In this document: positions 22,770 through 30,805 of the stretch, in pieces
How the letters are laid out: each line of letters begins with the position of its first letter
How positions within the stretch are numbered: the first letter of the stretch is position 1
From: Tubiluchus corallicola
Lineage: Eukaryota; Animalia; Priapulida
NCBI GenBank assembly: GCA_030141605.1
Contig: JAQGDQ010001655.1
Location: forward strand, 1-30,805
Reading direction: 5' to 3'
Length of the DNA: 30,805 bases
Translations under genes and position numbers: made by a program
Notes under the pieces: model-generated
The model's input: only the letters and a program-made list of their open reading frames with translations
Database searches by the model: none
What the model was told of the DNA's origin: nothing

Positions 22770-24709
22770 CAACAATTGAACAACATCAAGGCGGACTGGA
22801 TAAATTCACACGTGGCTATGAGTATTTTGGTCATCACGTCACACCAGAAAATGGTGTCATCTGGAAGGAATGGGCGCCGTTGGCAGAAGGACTTTTCTTG
22901 AAAGGCGACTTCAACAACTGGAATTGCATGTTACACCCGTTCAAGTCCATCGGCTATGGCAAATGGGAATTGTATATACCTCCCAATCCGGACGGGAGTG
23001 TTCCCATCAAGCACGGCAGCTCCCTAAAGCTGGTTGTGCAAACTAAGAGCGGAGAAATGGTGGACAGAAACTCGCCTTGGGCTAAAGTTGTCAGAAGGCC
23101 GGAAAAGGTACCGCAGTTTCACCAAGTTTTCTGGAATGCTCCCAAGTTCGTATTCAAGCATCCGAAACCGCCGGCGCCAGATGGATTTCGGATATACGAG
23201 TGCCACGTAGGCATTGCATCTTGGGAAGGAAAGGTCAGTAGTTATCAGAACTTTACTCATACTATGTTACCAAGAATAAAGAATCTAGGATACAACGCCA
23301 TTCAGATTATGGCAATTATGGAGCATGCATATTACGCTAGCTTTGGCTATCAGATCACCAGCTTCTTTGCGGCTTCTAGTCGATTTGGAGAGCCGGAAGC
23401 TTTGAAGGAACTAGTCGACACTGCACACTCGATGGGTTTGTACGTCATGTTGGACGTCGTACACAGTCACGCTTCGAAAAACGTCGTAGACGGGCTGAAC
23501 AAGTTCGACGGAACGGATTCGTGTTATTTTCACAGCGGTCCCAGGGGAAGTCACGACTTGTGGGATAGCCGTTGCTTCGATTATGCCCAGTGGGAGGTGA
23601 TGCGCTTTCTTTTGTCAAATCTCCGCTGGTGGGTTGAAGAATACGGCTTCGACGGATTCCGCTTCGATGGCGTCACGTCGATGTTGTATCACTCCAAAGG
23701 CATAGCGCACGGCTTTAGCGGAGATTACAACGAGTATTTCGGATTAGTCACTGATACAGAATCTCTCCTGTACATGACCATAGCAAACTATATGCTGCAC
23801 AAATTTTACCCAAACGTAGTAACCGTGTGCGAAGACGTGTCTGGGATGCCGGGAATATGTCGCAAGGTCGAGGAAGGGGGACAAGGGTTCGACTTCAGAC
23901 TCGGGATGGCCATTCCCGACATGTGGATAAAACTCCTGAAAGAGACGAGCGACGACGACTGGAAGATGGGGCACATCGTTCACACTCTGACGAACCGGCG
24001 GTGGAAGGAGAAGACGATCGCGTACGCCGAGTGCCACGACCAGGCGCTAGTCGGAGACAAAACCATAGCTTTCTGGCTGATGGACAAAGACATGTACACG
24101 AACATGTCTAAGCTGACGGAGAGAAACTTGATCATTGATCGAGGTTTGGCTCTGCATAAGATGATACGGCTGCTAAGCCACGCGCTCGGCGGAGAAGCTT
24201 ATCTGAATTTCATCGGCAACGAATTTGGGCATCCGGAATGGCTGGATTTCCCCAGAATCGGTAACAACGAGAGTTACCATTACGCACGCCGGCAGTTCAA
24301 CCTCATCGAAGACGACATGCTCAGGTACCAGTATCTTAACAACTTCGACAGAGATATGAATCACGTCGATGAAAAGTATGGATGGCTGACTGCCATATCG
24401 CAGTACGTTAGCTGCAAACACGAAGGAGACAAAGTCATCGTCTTCGACAAGAGATGCAGGCATGGTTCGCTGGTGTTCATCTTCAACTTTCATCCGAGTC
24501 AGAGCTTCACCGATTACAGAATCGGCGTGGATGTAGCCGGAAAGTATAAGATTGTACTCGACACTGATGCAAGGGAATATGACGGACATGGTAGACTGGA
24601 TCATAATACGGATTTCTTCACTTTCCCCGACCCCTGGAATAATCGTGGCAACAGTATGATGGTCTATATACCTTGCAGGGTCGCTATCATTTTAGCAAAA
24701 GTTGACTGA
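22770..24709 (+). CDS. GBE1: 1,4-alpha-glucan branching enzyme exon 2 (CBM48 + GH13 catalytic + C-domain)
   Basis: Long pyrimidine tract plus cag acceptor; [43 protein letters not shown]; 695 aa when spliced. Confidence 0.97.
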
Positions 24710-24796
24710 GTTGTTGTCGACATCGTAGTTGTTGCACCAGAAAAAGTTGCTCAGTCAGTAGAATGAGTTAGGGTGAGCTTGTAGTCAATCATAAAT

Positions 24797-25453
24797 TACG
24801 TGCTTGCATAGCAAAATTATCCATAAGTCAGCTACTGAGCTTTTCTAGTTATTCGCATATCCTGAATCTCCATTTCATGAGGATCATTTTGATACCAAGT
24901 TCATTGTTCTATGTTATTTCCAAGCTGAGATAATCCACGTTGAAGTTGAGGTGCAGGCTGCACACTGAAAAACGTAATGTTGAGAAAATCACTGTTAAAG
25001 TCAGCCATTGTTCTTTGTCTCGTTTCTACAAAACACTTAGCAACTGCACAAATGGTGGTTGCTATTGACTTTGCTCTGAAGCTATCTTTAAATCCAGTAG
25101 ATGGCTCTTCCTGACGAAAATCTGGGCTTGGCAGCAGAAAAAAACTTGAAGCAAAATGAAAACTTCCAAGATCTATTTTCGGAGTTTGAAATTACAAGTT
25201 TTTTTTACAGTTGCAGTACTAGTTTCTAGCCAGAAAAGTGGGTAAGAGGTTATAAAATTATGTTTTTAATATTTTTTGAACACTTTCTTGATAATTTGAT
25301 GCTAGAATCTAAAAATCCAATATATTTAGCGTCTGTTTTTTGTAAAAAAAACAAATAACATTTTACAAAAGTTTTGCTGCATTCTACTTTGAAGCATCAT
25401 GACGTAGTTTTGACTATGCTGACTTACAGACGGTTTTGGTTTGCAAGCACACA
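24797..25453 (+). mobile_element. MITE family A copy 5, ~90 bp after the GBE1 stop
   Basis: Homologous to 884-1550; ends GGTTTGCAAGCACACA. Confidence 0.9.
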
Positions 25454-25584
25454 ATTAGAAAATTGTGAGAATTTGTACTGTAGAAAATTATGTAAAAATG
25501 TAAGTCTTTCTGCTTAGTAATTTGTTATATAGTGGTATCTAGGTTTGTAGATATTAAATACAGTGTGACTTTTGCGAAGATAAA

Positions 25585-25719
25585 TAATAAGGACACTAAG
25601 GAATACGAATACGATAAGAATACACTAAGAATAATAAGAATACACTAAGAATAATAAGAATACACTAAGAATAATAAGAATACACTAAGAATAATAAGAA
25701 TAATAAGAATACACTAAGG
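25585..25719. repeat. 20-bp tandem repeat (AATAAGAATACACTAAGAAT)
   Basis: Roughly 6 imperfect copies. Confidence 0.9.
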
Positions 25720-25964
25720 ACCACACATATTTCTTAGAATATATTTATTATTGTGAAATCGTGAGAGTATTGGCTTTGTGCAAGACTTTAGTTTAAACTT
25801 TCCTTTACTGCCTTTGTTAGATTCCTTTCTCGTCTCACCGTTAAACTCCGAGGTGTTTGTCAAATGCAAATTGCACATAAGGGAGCGGGTATTTTTTGCA
25901 CTAGGCCTAGGACGTGCTAGGAAATGTGACTTACAGTCTGCGAAGAATGAAAATAATTTTTGCT

Positions 25965-26365
25965 AAAAACAACGCAACTTTATTAAAACTTTTACGTTAA
26001 AAAGTTAAAAATTACAACCTCATCAAAAGTTTCGATTAGCTGCTCATCATCAGTGGCAAATTTACAAACATGCAACCAGTTTTTATAGCCAGAGTCTATT
26101 ATGCGCTAATTAAGTATTTAACAGAAGCCAAATAGTTAATGAATAAACAGACGAGTAAAGAAATTGATACAACTGATACTAGTCTGCTTATTCGTTACCT
26201 GTTTGGCTTCTGTTAACTACTTAATTAGTGCATACTAAGCTCTGCCTACATAAACTGGTTGTAAGTTTGTAAATTTAACGCTGATAATGACAGCAGCTAG
26301 TCGAAACGTTTGTCATTATTTTAACTTTTTAATGTAAAAGTTTTTAATAAAGTTGTTTTGTTTTT
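25965..26365. repeat. ~400-bp imperfect palindrome with hammerhead-core motifs; probably Penelope-like element derived
   Basis: Arms are reverse-complementary around ~26168; CTGATGA..CGAAAC (minus, 26029-26053) and CTGATAA..CGAAAC (plus, 26281-26307). Confidence 0.8.
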
Positions 26366-26699
26366 GACTATAAATGTTTTTATGTGCCTGTAATAAAATT
26401 GGTTTGAATGAAAATAAGTTCCACCAAAGAGCATTGTTCTATTGTTTTTATGGTGACGTCACATTGCTACATCATCTTGTACCCATTATTATTTAATTCA
26501 CGTAATCTAAGATCTTATGTTGTACTTTGTTAGATAACGGTAAGCCCAGTGCTTGGGCTGAGTAGTGACCTGAAATGTAAATTGTTCCATATTTGTTAGC
26601 TCTCGAATCAGTGCTACACGATTGTTATAATTTTGTTGTTGTAACTTATTATCGTGTTTTTTGCATAGTTTCTCTGTACAAATACGTAATTTTTTCTTA

Positions 26700-27381
26700 T
26701 AACAAAGATTCTACACTGTACTTAAGTGTTGCATCAGTGTAACAAAGGTACTACACTGTACTAAAGTGTTGCATCATTGTAACAAAGGTACTACACTGTA
26801 CTTAAGTGTTGCATCATTGTAACAAAGGTACTACACTGTACTTAAGTGTTGCATCTTTGTAACAAAGGTACTACACTGTACTTAAGTGTTGCATCTTTTT
26901 AACAAAGATACTACACTGTACTTAAGTGTTGCATAATTGTAACAAAGGTACTACACTGTACTTAGGTGTTGCATCTTTGTAACAAAGATACTACACTGTA
27001 CTTAAGTGTTGCATCGTTGTAACAAAGATACTACACTGTACTTGGGTGTTGCATCGTTGTAACAAAGGTACTACACTGTACTTAAGTGTTGCATCTTTGT
27101 AACAAAGATACTACACTGTACTTAAGTGTTGCACCATTGTAACAAAGATATACTACACTGTACTTAAGTGTTGCATCATTGAAACAAAAATACTACACTG
27201 TACTTAAGTGTTGCATCATTGTAACAAAGGTACTACACTGTACTTAAGTGTTGCACCATTGTAACAAAGATATACTACACTGTACTTAAGTGTTGCATCA
27301 TTGAAACAAAAATACTACACTGTACTCAAGTGTTGCATCATTGTAACAAAGGTACTACACTGTACTTAAGTGTTGCACCAT
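26700..27381. repeat. 40-bp minisatellite, ~17 copies
   Basis: Unit AACAAAGRTACTACACTGTACTTAAGTGTTGCATCATTGT. Confidence 0.97.
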
Positions 27382-27477
27382 TATTACCAAATATATAGTA
27401 CTGATTTTGTTTATGTTTAAGTTTATTTCCGAAATGCCGTAAATACAACATTGTTACACATTTTACAACGAACCTAT

Positions 27478-28233
27478 TACAGCAGGCGCTCATTTATTAG
27501 ACTCAGGGTTAATAGACTCAATTGGTTAATAGACTCACGGTTAATAGACTCAATCGGTTAATAAACTCACAATTAATAGACTGAGTCGGTTAATAAAATC
27601 ACGGTTAATAGACTCAATGGGTTAATAAACTCACAGTTAATAGACTCAATGGGTTAATAAACTCACGGTTAATAGACTCAATCGGTTAATAAACTCACAG
27701 TTAATCGACACAATCGGTTAATAAACTCACGGTTAATAGACTCAATCTCTTAATAAACTCACGGTTAATAGACTCAATCGCTTAATAGATTCACGGTTAA
27801 TAGACTCAATCAGTTAATAAACTCACGGTTAATAGACTCAATCAGTTAATAAACTCACGGTTAATAGACACAATCGCTTAATAAACTCACAGTTAATAGA
27901 CTCAGGCGCTTAATAGATTCACAGTTAATAGACTCAATCGCTTAATAGACTCACGGTTAATAGACTCAATCGGTTAATAAACTCACAGTTAATAGACTCA
28001 ATCGCTTAATAAATTCACAGTTAATAGACTCATTCGCTTAATAGATTCACGGTTATAGACTCAATCAGTTAATAAACTCACAGTTAATAGACTAAATCGC
28101 TTAATAGACTCACAGTTAATAGACTGAATTACTTAATTGACTCAAAAAACGGCTAATACGGGCCCGCTTCTATTCAAATGCAAATAAAACTGTCGGCATC
28201 AAATTGACTCAAATAATTCCGCATAATTGACTC
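27478..28233 (+). mobile_element. Family D element end with an internally amplified 32-bp (15+17) satellite (27496-28143)
   Basis: TACAGCAGGCGCTCATTTATTAGACTC start; alternating TTAATAAACTCACGG / TTAATAGACTCAATCGG; resumes family D sequence to CCGCATAATTGACTC. Confidence 0.8.
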
Positions 28234-28304
28234 AGTATGTTTCAACTTGTGTACTGCAAAAGCAAATTAAATTGACCATAATATTGATATAACGGTTCAA
28301 GTGA

Positions 28305-29505
28305 AGAGGTAGAACTTGAACAGGACTGAGCAACAGGCAAAATGGAAAGAGAAGATGTAAACGATGCAGGATAAAAGGTGCAAGAAGGTAGAACTTGTAC
28401 AGGACTGAGCAGAAGGTAAAATGGAAAGAGAAGATGTAAAAGGTGCAGGATAAAAGGTGCAAGAAGGTAGAATTTGTACAGGACTGAGCAGAAAGCAAAA
28501 TGGAAAGGGAAGATGTAAAAGGTGCAGGATAAAAGGTGCAAGAAGGTAGAACTTGTAGAGGACTGAGCAGAAGGTAAAATGGAAAGAGAAGATGTAAAAG
28601 ATGCTGGATAAAAGGTGCAAGAAGGTAGAATTTGTACAGGACTGAGCAGAGGACAAAATGGAAAGAGAAGATGTAAAAGGTGCAAGAAGGTAGAACTTGT
28701 AGAGGACTGAGCAGAAGGTAAAATGGAAAGAGAAGATGTAAAAGATGCTGGATAAAAGGTGCAAGAAGGTAGAACTTGTACAGAACTGAGCAGAAGGCAA
28801 AATGGAAAGGGAAGATGTAAAAGGTGCAAGAAGGTAGAATTTGAACAGGACTGAGCAGAAGGCAAAATGGAAAGGGAAGATGTAAAAGGTGCAGGATAAA
28901 AGGTGCAAGAAGGTAGAACTTGTACAGGACTGAGCAGAAGATAAAATGGAAAGAGAAGATGTAAAAGGTGCAGGATAGAAGGTGCAAGAAGGTAGAACTT
29001 GTACAGGACTGAGCAGAAGATAAAATGGAAAGAGAAGATGTAAAAGGTGCAGAATAGAAGGTGCAAGAAGGTAGAACTTGTACAGGACTGAGCAGAAGGT
29101 AAAATGGAAAGAGAAGATGTAAAAGATGCAGGATAAAAGGTGCAAGAAGGTAGAACTTGTACAGAACTGAGCAGAAGGCAAAATGGAAAGGGAAGATGTA
29201 AAAGGTGCAAGAAGGTAGAATTTGAACAGGACTGAGCAGAAGGCAAAATGGAAAGGGAAGATGTAAAAGGTGCAGGATAAAAGGTGCAAGAAGGTAGAAC
29301 TTGTACAGGACTGAGCAGAAGATAAAATGGAAAGAGAAGATGTAAAAGGTGCAGGATAGAAGGTGCAAGAAGGTAGAATTCGTACAGAACTGAGCAGAGG
29401 ACAAAATGGAAAGAGAAGATGTAAAAGGTGCAAGAAGGTAGAACTTGTACAGGACTGAGCAGAAGGTAAAATGGAAAGAGAAGATGTAAAAAGTGCAAGA
29501 TAAAA
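28305..29505. repeat. Purine-rich 79/64-bp minisatellite, ~16 units
   Basis: Unit AAGGTAGAACTTGTACAGGACTGAGCAGAAGGTAAAATGGAAAGAGAAGATGTAAAAGGTGCAGGATAAAAGGTGCAAG, with or without a 15-bp subrepeat. Confidence 0.97.
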
Positions 29506-29619
29506 AATCAAAAAATGAAATACACAGGTGGTAATAAGGGAAAGGAAATGACAATTAAGAGTGAATGAGATGATGGTGAAAATGAATATTAGATGAGTCA
29601 CTGCAAAATCAGTATGGTG

Positions 29620-29703
29620 TCCATCTCACCCAATGCTGTAGCTCATCTCACCCAATGGTGTAGCCTATCTCACCCAATGGTGTAGCCCATCTCACTCAAT
29701 GCT
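29620..29703. repeat. 21-bp tandem repeat x4 (CCATCTCACCCAATGGTGTAG)
   Basis: Direct inspection. Confidence 0.9.
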
Positions 29704-30805
29704 GATGTCAATCCGCTATTATCAATCCGTTTTATTCACATAACATTCTTGCATATTTTGGCTTTGGTACGGATATGATGTTAGTCAGGTTTTCTGTACT
29801 AAGGCAACACTTCATCTGCTTTGTGACTCTACCGTGTTTCCCATGTTCAGATAAGCCATTCTATCACACATGAAGCCAGTTCAAACCAGCACGCAGTGTG
29901 GAGCCGGCTTAGATTAACTCCGCTATTTCACTCGACTCGAAAAGTGCCACCCTTCTGACCCCGCCAACCAACCCGTTAGGGACAGTAACCTGGAGGGAGA
30001 CAAAACAGTAAGATCCGGCCTATAATGACATCTAAACTCTGGATGTTGCCTCTCTTGAAGTATTGCACTAGATAAATTCTCTAATACACCATAGAACAGT
30101 TAGTATCATCTCTACTCATGGCATGTGTAATGAAGACTTGTTTAGATTTTCATGTATGCATCATGTTTTATGCTTTCCCCACCATTACGATCTAAAACGG
30201 CAGGTTGTTTTGATCTTGTTTCATAATGTAGTGGTTTAGAGCTGTACTTTACAACTGCATGTCTTTGTTGATGATTACGCCTGTAGTTTGATTTTATAAC
30301 CAAAACTAACCAGTCTATAGGCCCACGGCAAAACTAACTAGTTTATGCTTCGCGCTACTAATTAACAAGAGAAACAGACGTGTTCGTTCTTTTGCGGTAG
30401 TTGAACTTGTAACTTATGCTGACCTGTGTTATTAGGATCACCATAAATGAATTTTTTCTTGTGTTTCTTTCTTCTTCTACTTGTAATACTTCGTTTGGCT
30501 GGAAGTACGGGTATGTAATAAATAGATGTTTTGTATACTAGTATCTTGCAATTTGTTGAACATTAAAACTTAAGCTTAATTACATCTATAGATGTAATTT
30601 AAACTACGTATTTCTCCCCGAGAGAGTTAAGTTACTAGGCTTAGAATTTCTTGAAGAAAAAACGTATAAAAACGATTTAGGTTTTATAGCTACGTTAATT
30701 CCGTACCGTGGAAAAACTCCGATCAGTAATATTACTGTACTGCATAAATAAAGCTTATATATATATATATTGACTTTATTTATGCATATATGTATATATA
30801 TATAA

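Noticed and set aside
18126-24604. Antisense/alternate-frame ORFs overlapping PCCB and GBE1
   Set aside because: Shadow ORFs of GC-richer coding exons with no recognisable motifs.
18033-24709. Bacterial horizontal transfer or contamination of intron-poor PCCB/GBE1
   Set aside because: Both have GT-AG introns and eukaryote-type sequences; PCCB has a transit-peptide-like N-terminus.
28232-29601. Three 418-440 aa hydrophobic ORFs as membrane proteins
   Set aside because: All three frames are open because the satellite lacks minus-strand stop triplets; unit length is not a multiple of 3.
11513-29703. Tandem arrays as CRISPR arrays
   Set aside because: Units are contiguous with no unique spacers, there are no cas genes, and the context is eukaryotic.

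Overview
AT-rich eukaryotic (invertebrate animal-like) genomic DNA, not prokaryotic. It holds three protein-coding genes. (1) The 3' part of METTL25 on + (7 exons reconstructed by hand, 541-13702). (2) PCCB on - (2 coding exons, 533 aa). (3) GBE1 on + (2 coding exons, 695 aa), head-to-head with PCCB across 556 bp. Introns and intergenic DNA are full of MITEs (several hAT-type with 8-bp TSDs, plus a ~650-bp family in 5 copies), two tRNA-derived SINEs, RTE- and CR1-like LINE remnants, and minisatellites. The most notable observations are these. A ~41-copy 41-bp array amplifies a METTL25 exon/intron junction, so each unit carries a branch point, an acceptor and a donor (candidate recursive-splicing array). 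PCCB has Cys instead of Asp at the acyl-CoA specificity residue. A ~400-bp palindrome carries hammerhead-ribozyme core motifs on both arms. The same MITE family sits just downstream of all three stop codons. All gene and TE family assignments come from motif recall, with no database search; copy numbers are estimated as span divided by unit length.
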